Origin: an uncultured Thermoplasmata archaeon
GTDB lineage: Archaea > Thermoplasmatota > Thermoplasmata > Lutacidiplasmatales > UBA184
Length of the DNA stretch: 64,000 bases
Direction of reading: 5' to 3'
Assembly (NCBI GenBank): GCA_963773945.1
Contig: CAVZDD010000003.1
Span: forward strand, 209,816 to 273,815
This document shows positions 37,722 through 47,920 of the stretch, piece after piece; position 1 is the first letter of the stretch, and each line of letters opens with the position of its first letter. The notes beneath the pieces were generated by a model, which had not been told where the DNA came from, made no database searches, and was given only the letters and a program-made list of their open reading frames with translations. The translations under genes and the position numbers were made by a program.

Positions 37722-38870
37722 ATGGTTGAGTTCTCCCTGACCGAGGAGCAGAAAAGCCTCCAGGACCTCGCCCGGAAGTTCGCCAAGACCGAGATGCTCC
37801 CGGTCGCCGCCGTGTGTGACCGCGAGGGCCGGTTCCCCGAGGAGGTCTATCGCAAGGCCTGGGAGCTCGGCCTCATGAATCTCAATGTTCCGACCGAGTA
37901 CGGGGGCAGCGGACTCTCGGTCTTCGACCAGTGCCTGATCGTCGAGGAACTCGCCCACGCCTGCGGCGGCATGACGACCTCGATCATCGCGAACTGCCTC
38001 GCCCTCGAACCGGTCCTGCTGGGGGGCACGGAAGAGCAACGAAAACGAACGTTGCCTCCCTTCTGCGCGTCCTACCACCTGGCCTCCTTCTGCCTCACGG
38101 AACCCAGCGGAGGCAGCGACGCCGGGGGACTCCAGACCCGGTGCCGCCGGGATGGGGACCATTACGTGCTCGACGGAGAGAAGTGCTTCATCACGAATGC
38201 CCCGCACGCATCGTTGTACACGGTGTTCGCCACGCTCGACCCGACCCTGCGACACAAGGGGATCACCGCGTTCTTCGTCCCACGCGCAACCGAGGGCATC
38301 ATCCCCGGCAAGGACGAGGAGAAAATGGGTCATCGTGCCTCCTCGACCAGCACGGTGAAGTTCGACCACGTCTGGGTGCCGGTCGCCGACCGACTGGGAG
38401 CGGAAGGGGAGGGCTTCGCCCTCGCGATGCAGACCCTGGACCACACCCGTACTCCCATCGGGGCGCTGGCCACCGGGATCGCGCAAGCGGCAGTCGATTA
38501 CGCCGGCGACTACGCGAACAAGCGGCACTCGTTCGGGAAACCCATCGGCGAGCACCAAGCGATTCAGCTCAAACTCGCCAACATGGCGCAGGACGTTCAC
38601 GCCGCGCGGCTGCTGACCTGGCAGGCCGCCTGGTGGATTGACCAGGGGGAGCGGGGTTCGTTGGAGTCCTCGATCGCGAAGTGCTTCGCCTCCGATGCAG
38701 CGATGCGGGCGGCCGACGACGCGATCCAGATCTTCGGCGGATACGGTTACATGAAGGACTACCCGGTCGAGAAGCTCCTGCGGGACGCGAAGCTCACCCA
38801 GATCTATGAGGGCTCGAACGAGATCCAACGGATCGTCATCGCCCGTCAGCTGCTCGCTCGGTACGCGTAG
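37722..38870 (+). CDS. Acyl-CoA dehydrogenase
   Basis: FCLTEPSGGSD, KCFITNA, RHSFGKPI, GGYGY, QIYEGSNEIQ. Confidence 0.95.
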   Translation: MVEFSLTEEQKSLQDLARKFAKTEMLPVAAVCDREGRFPEEVYRKAWELGLMNLNVPTEYGGSGLSVFDQCLIVEELAHACGGMTTSIIANCLALEPVLLGGTEEQRKRTLPPFCASYHLASFCLTEPSGGSDAGGLQTRCRRDGDHYVLDGEKCFITNAPHASLYTVFATLDPTLRHKGITAFFVPRATEGIIPGKDEEKMGHRASSTSTVKFDHVWVPVADRLGAEGEGFALAMQTLDHTRTPIGALATGIAQAAVDYAGDYANKRHSFGKPIGEHQAIQLKLANMAQDVHAARLLTWQAAWWIDQGERGSLESSIAKCFASDAAMRAADDAIQIFGGYGYMKDYPVEKLLRDAKLTQIYEGSNEIQRIVIARQLLARYA

Positions 38871-38884
38871 GACGGGACCTCCGG

Positions 38885-39679
38885 ATGGAACTCCTCGTCC
38901 TGATCAAGCCGGTTCCCGACCCCGAAACCCGCCTGCGACCGAACGCGGCCGACACCGCGCTCGACACGGACGGGGTGAAATGGGTGCTGACCGGCTATGA
39001 TGAATCGGCGGTCGAGCAGGCGCTCCTGCTGAAAGAGGGCGTCCCCGGTTCCAAGGTCCGAGCGATCGCGTTCGGTCCCGCGCCGCGGACCGAGGAGACC
39101 CTCCGGTCGGCCCTCGCGCTCGGATGCGATGCCGCGTCTTGGGTGGAGCAGCCGACCGGCCTTCTGGCGGACCCGATGCTGTCCGCCCGCGCGCTCGCAT
39201 TTGCCTGCAAGAAGATCCCGTTCGACGTCGTTCTTGTCGGGAAGCAAGCCCTGGACGACGAAGCGGGCCTGGTGGGCCCCGCCATCGCGGAGGGACTCGG
39301 GGTCGCGGACTATGGCCCCGTGGTGGACCTCCGCTGGGACGCCGCGTCCAACAAGTTCGCCTTTGCTCGGGCCCTCGAGGGGGGCCTCGAGCGGTTGAGC
39401 GCCCCGACGCCGTTTGTGGCCAGCCTCCAGCAGGCCTGGAACGATCCCCGCACCGCAAAGTTGCAAAATGTGCTGAAGGCCCGTCGGATCTCCATCGACA
39501 AGGTGCCGTGGACGGACACTCAGGCGGGCCTTGGGTCGGCGACCCCCGGCACCCATGTCTCGGCGTTTCGGCTTCCGCCACCCCGCACCGGCGCGAAAAT
39601 GGTCGAGTTCAAGACCCCCGAAGAGGCCGCGCAGAAGCTCGTCAAGCTGCTGCGCGAGGAGGCCAAGACACTTCCATGA
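38885..39679 (+). CDS. etfB: Electron transfer flavoprotein beta subunit
   Basis: IKPVPD, YDESAVEQAL, GKQALDD, NDPR. Confidence 0.94.
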   Translation: MELLVLIKPVPDPETRLRPNAADTALDTDGVKWVLTGYDESAVEQALLLKEGVPGSKVRAIAFGPAPRTEETLRSALALGCDAASWVEQPTGLLADPMLSARALAFACKKIPFDVVLVGKQALDDEAGLVGPAIAEGLGVADYGPVVDLRWDAASNKFAFARALEGGLERLSAPTPFVASLQQAWNDPRTAKLQNVLKARRISIDKVPWTDTQAGLGSATPGTHVSAFRLPPPRTGAKMVEFKTPEEAAQKLVKLLREEAKTLP

Positions 39680-40671
39680 GCGGTCCGGTTCTCGTCGTGA
39701 TCGAGCGGCGGGGGACGACCCCCGTCCGGGGGTCCCTGGAGGCACTCGGCGCGGCTCGACGGATCGCGGGACCGCGAGGGGCTGGGGTCGTTACCGCGGT
39801 CCTGCTCGGGTCGGCGCTGGAGGCCGCGGCGGCTCAGGTCGCTGAGCTCGGCGTAGACGAAGTAGCCACCCTCTCCGACGCCCGTTTCGACTCCTTTCAC
39901 GCCGCCGTTTGGTCCGCCGCCATTGTGTCCGTGGCTCAGGAAGCCGGGGCATCCCTCGTCCTCGTCGCCGGCACGAGTCATGGACGGCAACTCGTGGGCC
40001 GCCTCGCGGCTCGCTGGAACGCTGCGGCCCTCACCGGCGCCTCGGACATTTCTGTCGGCCCGGAGGGTACGCTTTCCGTAACCCGACCGGTGTTCAGTGG
40101 GCGGGCGGTCCAAGAAGTGCGAATGGACGCCGTCCGATGCGTCCTGGGACTGCGACCGAACGCGTTCCCGGTTCCGGAGCGGTCCGCTCCGAAGGCCTCG
40201 ATCGCCGCCCATCCGGTCCCCGACCTGGGTCACCTCCCCCCCCTCGGGAATGTCACCGCCTTCGAATCGGCCCAATCCAGTTCCGGCCCCGACCTTTCCG
40301 AGGCCTCCGTCATCGTGTCCGGTGGACGAGGCCTGAAGGGACCCGAGAACTTTCGGCTCCTCGAGGATCTGGCGGCCTCGCTGGGGGCGGCGATCGGCGC
40401 TTCGCGGGCAGTGACCGACGCCGGGTGGAAGCCCGCGTCATTCCAGATCGGACAGACCGGCCGGAGCGTATCGCCTCAGCTCTACATCGCCGTAGGGATC
40501 TCCGGCGCCATCCAGCATCTCGTCGGGATGGTCAGCTCCCGCACGATCGTGGCCATCAACTCGGACCCCAACGCGCCAATCTTCAAGGTCGCGGATTATG
40601 GGATCGTCGGGGACCTGTTCCAGATCATTCCCGCGCTCACGAACGAGATCCGCCGGGTGCGGGGCAGCTGA
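39676..40671 (+). CDS. etfA: Electron transfer flavoprotein alpha subunit
   Basis: [30 protein letters not shown]; ATGA overlap with etfB. Confidence 0.95.
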   Translation: MSGPVLVVIERRGTTPVRGSLEALGAARRIAGPRGAGVVTAVLLGSALEAAAAQVAELGVDEVATLSDARFDSFHAAVWSAAIVSVAQEAGASLVLVAGTSHGRQLVGRLAARWNAAALTGASDISVGPEGTLSVTRPVFSGRAVQEVRMDAVRCVLGLRPNAFPVPERSAPKASIAAHPVPDLGHLPPLGNVTAFESAQSSSGPDLSEASVIVSGGRGLKGPENFRLLEDLAASLGAAIGASRAVTDAGWKPASFQIGQTGRSVSPQLYIAVGISGAIQHLVGMVSSRTIVAINSDPNAPIFKVADYGIVGDLFQIIPALTNEIRRVRGS

Positions 40672-40684
40672 ACTGCCCCGACGG

Positions 40685-41344
40685 CTAGTGGGGCGGCGGG
40701 GACGCCGGGGTCTGCTGGACGAAGGGGTAGGCCGGCATCCCGGGGTTCTGCATCACGGTCTCGATCGTCCGCTGCACTTGGAACGGCTTCGGGATTCCGA
40801 GCCAGTCCTCGTTGCCAATCGACTTGTTCGTGCCGCTCTCGGCGCTCACGCGGACGGTGCCGTAGCCGAGGATGCGCTGGCCAATCGACTGGTGCACGTC
40901 CACGCCCCGGACCTGGTTCATCGGGATATCGTCGATGTCCCGCGACGCGATCCCGCGCTTGATGATTACTCGGTGGTTGCTGACCGCATAGACCGTTCGC
41001 ACCCAGCGGATGTACCGGACCAAGAGCCAGAGCAGAACCAGGAGCGAGACGATTCCAAGGAAGTAGAGGACGTAGTGGAGGTCGTTCGAAGGGAGCCTCG
41101 CGAATTGAGCGGTCAGGCCGGGGAAAGCGGCCCAGCCGTATCGAGCGGCGGCCGCCGCGTAATCCAGTACGAGCATGATGAGGAGGACGATGATCGGCCC
41201 CGGGAAATAGAACAGCTTGGTGGCCCGAGTTTCGACGTAGAGCACCTCTCCCTCGGCTAGGTACCTCGCGAGGTGCTTCGGGTTGACCGATGTCAGGTTG
41301 CTTGTTCCGCGCGCCACGCCGAGGGACCGGCCGTCCCCCGACAT
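40685..41344 (-). CDS. Membrane protein with bacterial PH (bPH_2) domain
   Basis: YLAEGE, two TMs, YAVSNHRVI..RGI, QSIGQRILGYGTV. Confidence 0.82.
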   Translation of the reverse strand: MSGDGRSLGVARGTSNLTSVNPKHLARYLAEGEVLYVETRATKLFYFPGPIIVLLIMLVLDYAAAAARYGWAAFPGLTAQFARLPSNDLHYVLYFLGIVSLLVLLWLLVRYIRWVRTVYAVSNHRVIIKRGIASRDIDDIPMNQVRGVDVHQSIGQRILGYGTVRVSAESGTNKSIGNEDWLGIPKPFQVQRTIETVMQNPGMPAYPFVQQTPASPPPH

Positions 41345-41451
41345 AAACCCTCCGCGCCGAGCGCATGCTGCGTCCTCGGAGGGAATTCGCCCCGCCGCTT
41401 GTCCGGGGTCGGCCCACAGGGTCAAATGCCGTCCGTCGTTCCCCCGACCAA

Positions 41452-42309
41452 ATGGGCGTCACCGACTGCCATATCCACGTCAACCCGCTGTGGGAGATGC
41501 GGCCGGAGGCCCGCGCCCTCATCGATACCCACCCCGACGCGGAAGGATTCGAGTCGTTCCTTCACGACCCCACCGCGTTCTTGAAACTGCTCGATACGGC
41601 CGGCGTGGAGCGCGCCGTGCTGGTCAACTACGTGGCCCCGGAGATCATCGGATACTCGGAGAAGGCCAACGAGTTCGTCCGGGACTTTGCTCGCGCCGAC
41701 CCGGATCGGCTGGTAGCGGTCGGCTCGGTCCTCCCGACCCGGCCGCAACCCGGGAACGAGGTGCGTCGCTTGGTCCACGAATACGGACTCCGGGGGATCA
41801 AGCTGCACCCGCCCCACCAGCTGTTCGCGCCCAACGCCTACCTCGACGGGAAACTCGAGGGCCTCCGGGAGATCTATGCCGCCTGCGAGGACCTTCACAT
41901 CCCGGTCATCGTGCATACCGGCACTTCGATCTTCCCCGGCGCGCGGAACCGGTTCGGCCAGCCGCTCCTCATCGAGGACGTGGCCATCGACTTCCCTCGA
42001 CTCACGATCGTGCTGGCCCATGGCGGCCGGCCCCTGTGGATGGAGGAGGCGGTGTTCCTCACCCGCCGGTTTTCGAACGTGTATCTTGAAACGTCCAGCG
42101 TTCCCCCCAGCAAACTGCTCGAGTACTTTCCGGCGCTGGAGAAAATACGCGACCGCGTGGTCTATGGGAGTGACTGGCCGGGCCCCGGCGTCCGAGATCT
42201 GGGCGAGCACCTCAAAGCGGTTCGGGCTCTGCCACTCCAACGGGAAACCCTCGATAAAATTCTGGTCGAGAATCCCCGGAAGGTCTTCCCTCCCCGGGGG
42301 CCCGTTTAA
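41452..42309 (+). CDS. Amidohydrolase family protein (Amidohydro_2)
   Basis: DCHIH, GIKLHP, HTG, LAHGG, YGSDWP. Confidence 0.9.
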   Translation: MGVTDCHIHVNPLWEMRPEARALIDTHPDAEGFESFLHDPTAFLKLLDTAGVERAVLVNYVAPEIIGYSEKANEFVRDFARADPDRLVAVGSVLPTRPQPGNEVRRLVHEYGLRGIKLHPPHQLFAPNAYLDGKLEGLREIYAACEDLHIPVIVHTGTSIFPGARNRFGQPLLIEDVAIDFPRLTIVLAHGGRPLWMEEAVFLTRRFSNVYLETSSVPPSKLLEYFPALEKIRDRVVYGSDWPGPGVRDLGEHLKAVRALPLQRETLDKILVENPRKVFPPRGPV

Positions 42310-42333
42310 TACTCGCGCCCGCTGACAAGCGTT

Positions 42334-42777
42334 GTGACAGAGGGTATCGACCCGCCGCCCGATCCGCCGGTGGCCCCCGGAGACGCCCCGGAGGTGCCTG
42401 CGGTGGAAACGCCTGCGACCGTCGAGGTCGTCGTCGAAGGCGGGGAAGAGGTTGGTCGGCTTCCGTTGCCGCGGCGAGACCGTGGAGAGATCTTCGGCGT
42501 GGCGAGCCAGCTCATGGGCGCCGCCCGGATTCGTGTCATGTGTGAGGACAATCTCTCGCGCATGGGCCGAATCACCGGGAAAATGAAGAAGAAGATGTGG
42601 GTCCGCGAAGGGGATCTGCTCATCCTGCGACCCTGGGGATTCCAGGAGGGCAAGTGCGACATTCTCTTCAGGTACAGTCGCACGCAGGCGACCTACCTGG
42701 CCCGCCGGGACCTCCTCCCGTCCAGCGTGAATGTGTTCGGCGAAGCCGACGCGCCCAAGGGAACTCCAGCTGCCTGA
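42334..42777 (+). CDS. eif1a: Translation initiation factor aIF-1A (start uncertain)
   Basis: GAARIRVMCED..RMGRITGKMKKKMWVREGD..PWGFQ..DILFRY. Confidence 0.93.
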   Translation: MTEGIDPPPDPPVAPGDAPEVPAVETPATVEVVVEGGEEVGRLPLPRRDRGEIFGVASQLMGAARIRVMCEDNLSRMGRITGKMKKKMWVREGDLLILRPWGFQEGKCDILFRYSRTQATYLARRDLLPSSVNVFGEADAPKGTPAA

Positions 42778-42789
42778 GGTCGACCACCC

Positions 42790-44274
42790 GTGGAGGCTCC
42801 GCTCCAGAGCGCTCGGGAGACCCGGGTCATCGAGGCGAACGCCGTCGCCCTCGGGATCTCGATCGAAACGTTGATGGAGAACGCGGGCCGCGCCGTCGCC
42901 GAGGAAGCGTCCCGCCACCTCCGGGACCCCTCGGATGGCGTGGCCGTATTGGCCGGCAACGGGAACAATGGCGGGGACGGCTTCGCCGCGGTCCATTACC
43001 TGAAGCAATGGGGCTTCTCGCCCGACGTGTGGCTCGTGGCGCCGCCCGCCGAGATCCGGTCCTCCGCCGCCCGCCGGTGCTACGAGCGAATCGCGCCGAC
43101 GACCCGTCTGCGCATGGGGGCGCCGCGGCCGCAGGAACTGGAGGGTTACAAACTTCTCATCGATGCCATGCTCGGTACCGGGCAGCGAGGGGACCTCCGT
43201 CCCCCGGTGCGGGACGCCGTGCTCGCCCTGGCCGAAACCTCGGTCCCGATCCTCGCCGTGGACGAACCCACCGGACTCGGCTCCCCGGTCGCAGTACATC
43301 CCCGCTGGACGGTGGCCCTCGAAGCCGCGAAGGATGGGATGACGCCCGAGACCTCGGGCGAGATCATCGTTCGACCGATCGGGATCCCTCCGGCCGCGGT
43401 GCACGAGACCGGGCCCGGACTCTTCCTCTTCTTTCCTTTGCCCTCCGACCGGTCTCGTTCCCCGCGCAGCGGCCGTGTTCTCGTGGTCGGTGGGGGACCC
43501 TACCCAGGGGCGCCCGCCCTCGCCGGACTCGCGATTCTGCGGGCGGGGGCCGAACGGGCGGTAATCGCCGCACCACAACCGGCGGCTGGCCCCATCCAAT
43601 CGTACTCACCCAATCTCATCGTCCATCCGGTCGGGTCGGAGTATTTCCGGCCCTCGGATGTGTCCTCTCTCCTTCGCCTCGTGGAACACGAACGGTTCGA
43701 CGCGATCGTCGTGGGGATGGGCGTCGGCCGCGCCCCGGAGACGATGACCGCGATGACTGAATTTATCGGACGAATTCGCACCCGCCCGGTGCCCATGGTG
43801 GTCGACGCGGACGCGCTCGAGGCCCTCAAAACGCTCCCGGCCGCTCCCAACCATTCCGCGCCGTGCGTGGCGACTCCGAACCATCACGAATTCGATACGC
43901 ACTTCATCGACCTCCGCGAGGCGCTGCCCGACTCCCGGCTCGAGGTGGCCCGTCGGGTCGCCCAGGAGCGCGGACTCACGCTCCTAGCCAAGGACGACGT
44001 CGACCTCCTGACGGACGGCACCCGCGCGTACCTGAACCGGCACCACCACCCCGCCATGACGGTCGGAGGCACCGGCGACGTCCTCGCTGGCGTCGTCGGC
44101 TCGCTGCTCGGGCGGGGCGTGGAGGGCCTGGACGCGGCCCGTCTCGCGGCCTACTGGGTCGGGGAAGCGGGACTCCGGGCCTACAATGCCCGCAGTTGGG
44201 GCTTGGTCGCCACCGATGTCATCGATGAGCTCTCCGGCGCCCTGCGCGACGGACTCGCGCGCGTGCAACGCTGA
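42790..44274 (+). CDS. nnr: Bifunctional NAD(P)H-hydrate epimerase/dehydratase
   Basis: LMENAG, GNGNNGGDG, DAMLGTG; GGGPYPGAP, TPNHHEF, MTVGGTGDVLAG. Confidence 0.93.
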   Translation: MEAPLQSARETRVIEANAVALGISIETLMENAGRAVAEEASRHLRDPSDGVAVLAGNGNNGGDGFAAVHYLKQWGFSPDVWLVAPPAEIRSSAARRCYERIAPTTRLRMGAPRPQELEGYKLLIDAMLGTGQRGDLRPPVRDAVLALAETSVPILAVDEPTGLGSPVAVHPRWTVALEAAKDGMTPETSGEIIVRPIGIPPAAVHETGPGLFLFFPLPSDRSRSPRSGRVLVVGGGPYPGAPALAGLAILRAGAERAVIAAPQPAAGPIQSYSPNLIVHPVGSEYFRPSDVSSLLRLVEHERFDAIVVGMGVGRAPETMTAMTEFIGRIRTRPVPMVVDADALEALKTLPAAPNHSAPCVATPNHHEFDTHFIDLREALPDSRLEVARRVAQERGLTLLAKDDVDLLTDGTRAYLNRHHHPAMTVGGTGDVLAGVVGSLLGRGVEGLDAARLAAYWVGEAGLRAYNARSWGLVATDVIDELSGALRDGLARVQR

Positions 44275-44279
44275 TCCCC

Positions 44280-44933
44280 TCAGGAATACCGGACCCGGCC
44301 GCGGATCTCCCGGGCGCGCTTCCGGACCTCGGCTTGCCCGTCGGGATTGCCCTCGGCGTATCCCTCGAGGAAGGTGCGGAACAGCGCTTCGCCTTTCGGA
44401 TGGAGCGCCTTGAGATCCTCTTCCACGAGGTGCAGGTCGATGCCGCGCTCCTCGACCCCAGCGTTTCGGGACCCCATCGAGAGGTCGAGGAGGGCGGGCG
44501 GGCCCCCGGGGCCATTGGGAAACAGAATGTTGCTGCTCGTGAGGTCCCCGTGCGATATTCCGCCGGCATGGAGTCGCCCGATCGCCGTTCCGAGCGCTCG
44601 CACCGGCGACGTCACCGGGCGGGGGTCCTCCTTCGCCGCGTCGAGGAGGTCCTTGAGCGTCGGTCCCGGCAGCTGTTCCAAAATGAGGCGATGGTTCGGT
44701 AAGTCTACATCGTACACAATGGGGGTGCGTATGCCCAACCGACGCGCCTCCGTGAGGAGCCGTACCTCGTTCCGCGTGCGTTCTCGCTTGAGCCGCTCAT
44801 CGAGGTCCTTCGGTCGATAGCTCTTGGTCTCCCGTTCCTTGCGGAGCGCCGGGAGCCCCAGCCACTCGACGGCATGGAGGGACGCTTCCGCTCCGCGCGA
44901 AACCGGCTTCTCCTCTTCGGGGTCGGGGGCCAT
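44280..44933 (-). CDS. bud32: KEOPS complex kinase Bud32
   Basis: RGAEA, KSYRP.DLD, HGDLTSSN, C-terminal RGRVRY. Confidence 0.93.
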   Translation of the reverse strand: MAPDPEEEKPVSRGAEASLHAVEWLGLPALRKERETKSYRPKDLDERLKRERTRNEVRLLTEARRLGIRTPIVYDVDLPNHRLILEQLPGPTLKDLLDAAKEDPRPVTSPVRALGTAIGRLHAGGISHGDLTSSNILFPNGPGGPPALLDLSMGSRNAGVEERGIDLHLVEEDLKALHPKGEALFRTFLEGYAEGNPDGQAEVRKRAREIRGRVRYS

Positions 44934-44941
44934 GTCGTCCC

Positions 44942-45814
44942 CTATCGGGCGCGGCGACTGGCGACGATCCGCACGATGGCTTCGCGCGCGAGGCGGGCCG
45001 CGAGGTTGCTCGTGTTACCCGTGTCCCAGGGCGGGCTGACCTCCATGATGTCGAGGCCGGCGAGCCGCGGCGCGGCTTGTCCGATGGCGTACTTCACATC
45101 GCGCGGCGTGAGGCCGAACGGCTCCGGGGTTCCCGTGGCCCCGGCGTACGCCGGGTCGATGGCGTCAATGTCGAGGGAAATGTACACCCGGTCGGTCTTC
45201 AGCATGTTGAGGGCCCGCTGTACCGCGGACTCGATGCCCTCCTTCGCGATCTCGTGGGCCGTCACGAAGGACATGCCGATCGCCTTGTTGTCCTCGATCT
45301 CCTGCTTGGACACGGACCGGACTCCGAAGACGACGACGTTCCGGGCGCCAACGCGTTCGACGATCCGGCGGGAGGAACAGCCATGGCTTCGAGGATCGCC
45401 GAGGTACTCGGCCCGGAAGTCCATGTGCGCGTCGAGATAGAGAACTCCCAGCGAGGCGGGATCCGGATGCGCTTCGACCACAGGCGGCGAGCAGGCGTGA
45501 TCGCCTCCGAACACGATGGGAATCTTACCCGCGGCAAAGATCGGTCGGATCTCCTCACGGAGGCCATCGACCATCTGCTGGGCGCTTCCAAATTCCTCGG
45601 TGTTCCCCAGGTCGTGGATCGGTACCTCGGACAAGTCGACGCCGGTTTCGAGGTCGTACGATTCGAAGGTCCAGGACTGCTGCCGGATCGCGTCGGGCCC
45701 GAACCGGGCCCCGGGCCGGAAGGAGGTGGTTCGGTCGAAGGGAACGCCGACGATCACGAACTGTGCTTCGTCCCACGACGCATGGGCGTCGGCGAACGTC
45801 CCGGGGGGATTCAC
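44942..45814 (-). CDS. speB: Agmatinase
   Basis: PGARFGP, GGDHA, DAHMD, SLDIDAIDPAYAGATGTPEP. Confidence 0.92.
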   Translation of the reverse strand: MNPPGTFADAHASWDEAQFVIVGVPFDRTTSFRPGARFGPDAIRQQSWTFESYDLETGVDLSEVPIHDLGNTEEFGSAQQMVDGLREEIRPIFAAGKIPIVFGGDHACSPPVVEAHPDPASLGVLYLDAHMDFRAEYLGDPRSHGCSSRRIVERVGARNVVVFGVRSVSKQEIEDNKAIGMSFVTAHEIAKEGIESAVQRALNMLKTDRVYISLDIDAIDPAYAGATGTPEPFGLTPRDVKYAIGQAAPRLAGLDIMEVSPPWDTGNTSNLAARLAREAIVRIVASRRAR

Positions 45815-45937
45815 GAGGAGAGGACTGGTGCCGCCTATATCAGAGTGCGCGGCCGAGCTCGCGGCACTCGCCGGCCGCTGGCCGATTGACCGAGCGCTTA
45901 AATTGCGGGCGTCGGTGGGCTTCGCTAGGTCGGCCGA

Positions 45938-46723
45938 ATGAGCGAACCGGAACTGGTCGGAACGAGGAGCGAAGAGGACGGGGTCGAGCTCTTCATCCTA
46001 CGCCACCCTCCGGTGAACGCGTTGAGCACCTCGCTCCTGGATCAGCTCGACGCGCGCCTCGCAGCAATCGGGTCGGACGGAAAGACCCGGTGCATGGTGC
46101 TGACCGGGGACGGGCAATACTTCTGCGCCGGAGCCGACGTCAAGGAGATGGCGGTTCTCGGGAGGGACAAGGCACCGGAGATCCAGGCCCGGGGCCAGGC
46201 GCTCTTTCAACGACTGGCCGACCTTCGATGCCCGACGATCGCGGCGATTAACGGTCTCGCCATTGGGGGCGGCCTGGAACTGGCCCTCGCCTGCGACCTC
46301 AGAATCTCGGCCGACTCCGCGAAGCTCGGCGCACCCGAAGTCGGACTTGGACTCCTTCCCGCGTACGGAGGGACCCAGCGATTGCCTCGCCTCGTCGGCC
46401 CGGCGAAAGCGAAGGAGCTCATTTTCACGGCCTCGTTAGTCCCCGGCCCCGAAGCGCTGCGGATCGGGCTGGTCAACAAGGTCGTTCCTTCGGGCCAGGA
46501 ACTGCGCGCCGCCCGGGACTGGGCGCACACGATCGCGCAGAAGGCGCCGCGCGCGGTGGCCGGGGCCAAGCAGGCCATCCAGGCCGGTCAGGACGCGAGC
46601 CTCTTGGACGGGCTCCACGCGGAAAAGGAGGCATTCTTGCGCGAGGTAATGGGAAGCTCGGACCTCGACGAGGGCATGGCGGCCTTCGTAGAGCGCCGGC
46701 CGCCCAAGTTCACGGGGACCTGA
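45938..46723 (+). CDS. Enoyl-CoA hydratase/isomerase
   Basis: FCAGAD, GGGLELALACD, PEVGLG, GGTQRLPR. Confidence 0.93.
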   Translation: MSEPELVGTRSEEDGVELFILRHPPVNALSTSLLDQLDARLAAIGSDGKTRCMVLTGDGQYFCAGADVKEMAVLGRDKAPEIQARGQALFQRLADLRCPTIAAINGLAIGGGLELALACDLRISADSAKLGAPEVGLGLLPAYGGTQRLPRLVGPAKAKELIFTASLVPGPEALRIGLVNKVVPSGQELRAARDWAHTIAQKAPRAVAGAKQAIQAGQDASLLDGLHAEKEAFLREVMGSSDLDEGMAAFVERRPPKFTGT

Positions 46724-46726
46724 AAC

Positions 46727-47920
46727 ATGACGATCGAATTCACGTTCACACCGGAGCAGGCCGCGCTCCGCGAAGCGGTCCGTACCTTCGCCCAGAAGGA
46801 GATCGTTCCCGTCGTCGCGGCGATGGACGACGAGGAAAAGTTCCCGACCGCGACAGTCGCCCGCATGCAGGAGGAGGGGTACTTTGGCGTCCCGGTCCCC
46901 GAAGAATACGGGGGTCTCGGAATGGGAAAGGTGGGGTACTCGATCCTGGCCGAGGAGCTGGGCCGCGTGGACGGCTCCCATGTGGCGATCGTGGCCGCCC
47001 ACACCTCCCTCGGCGCGACCCCGATCCTCTACTACGGAACCGAGGAGCAGAAGAAGCGCTGGCTGATGCCGGCCGCGCAGGGGAAGAAGCTCCTCGCGTT
47101 CAGCCTCACCGAACCCGGGTCGGGCAGCGACTCGGGTGCCCTCAAGACCTCCGCCGTTCCGAAAGGCGACGCGTGGGTCCTCAACGGCACCAAGCTCTAC
47201 GTCACCAACGGGAAGGAAGCGGACACGATTCTCGTCATGGCCGCCAACGACGTGAAGAAGGGCCCCCACGGCGGCATCACCGCCTTTCTGGTCGACAAGG
47301 GGACACCGGGATTCCGGGTCGGCCGATGCGAGAAGAAGATGGGTCTCCACGGCACGTCGACCGCAGAGCTGATCCTGGAGAACGTCGAGGTCGGATCCGA
47401 ATCGGTGCTCGGCGGAGTTGGAATGGGATTCCGCGCGGCGATGACCGCGCTCGACGTCGGACGGGTCTCGCTCGGGGCCGCGTCGCTCGGCGGAATGCAG
47501 ACGGCGTTGACCGAGGCGCTCTCGTTCTCCCAGAACCGGACCCAGTTCGGGTTGCCGATCAGCGAGTACGAAGCGATCCAGTTCAAGATGGCCGACATCG
47601 AGATGCACATCGAGGCGCTGCGCTACCTGGTGTACCACGCCGCCGCCCACCAAGATGCGATGGGCCATGACCCAACGAAGTGGAATCGCACCGACCGGGA
47701 GCGGAAGACGCGCGAGTCGGCGGTCGTCAAGTGCCTCGGGTCCGAGTGGGCCTCCGAGGCGATCGACGAGTCGCTCCAGATCCACGGCGGCCTCGGGTAC
47801 ATCCGGGGCACCCCGATCGAGCGGGCCTACCGGGACGCGCGCATCTCCGAGATCTTCGAGGGCACGAACGAGATTCAGCGCGTCGTGATCGCGCGGGACC
47901 TCATCGCCCGGGGCCCGTAG
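46727..47920 (+). CDS. Acyl-CoA dehydrogenase
   Basis: FSLTEPGSGSD, RTQFG, HGGLGY, IFEGTNEIQ. Confidence 0.94.
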   Translation: MTIEFTFTPEQAALREAVRTFAQKEIVPVVAAMDDEEKFPTATVARMQEEGYFGVPVPEEYGGLGMGKVGYSILAEELGRVDGSHVAIVAAHTSLGATPILYYGTEEQKKRWLMPAAQGKKLLAFSLTEPGSGSDSGALKTSAVPKGDAWVLNGTKLYVTNGKEADTILVMAANDVKKGPHGGITAFLVDKGTPGFRVGRCEKKMGLHGTSTAELILENVEVGSESVLGGVGMGFRAAMTALDVGRVSLGAASLGGMQTALTEALSFSQNRTQFGLPISEYEAIQFKMADIEMHIEALRYLVYHAAAHQDAMGHDPTKWNRTDRERKTRESAVVKCLGSEWASEAIDESLQIHGGLGYIRGTPIERAYRDARISEIFEGTNEIQRVVIARDLIARGP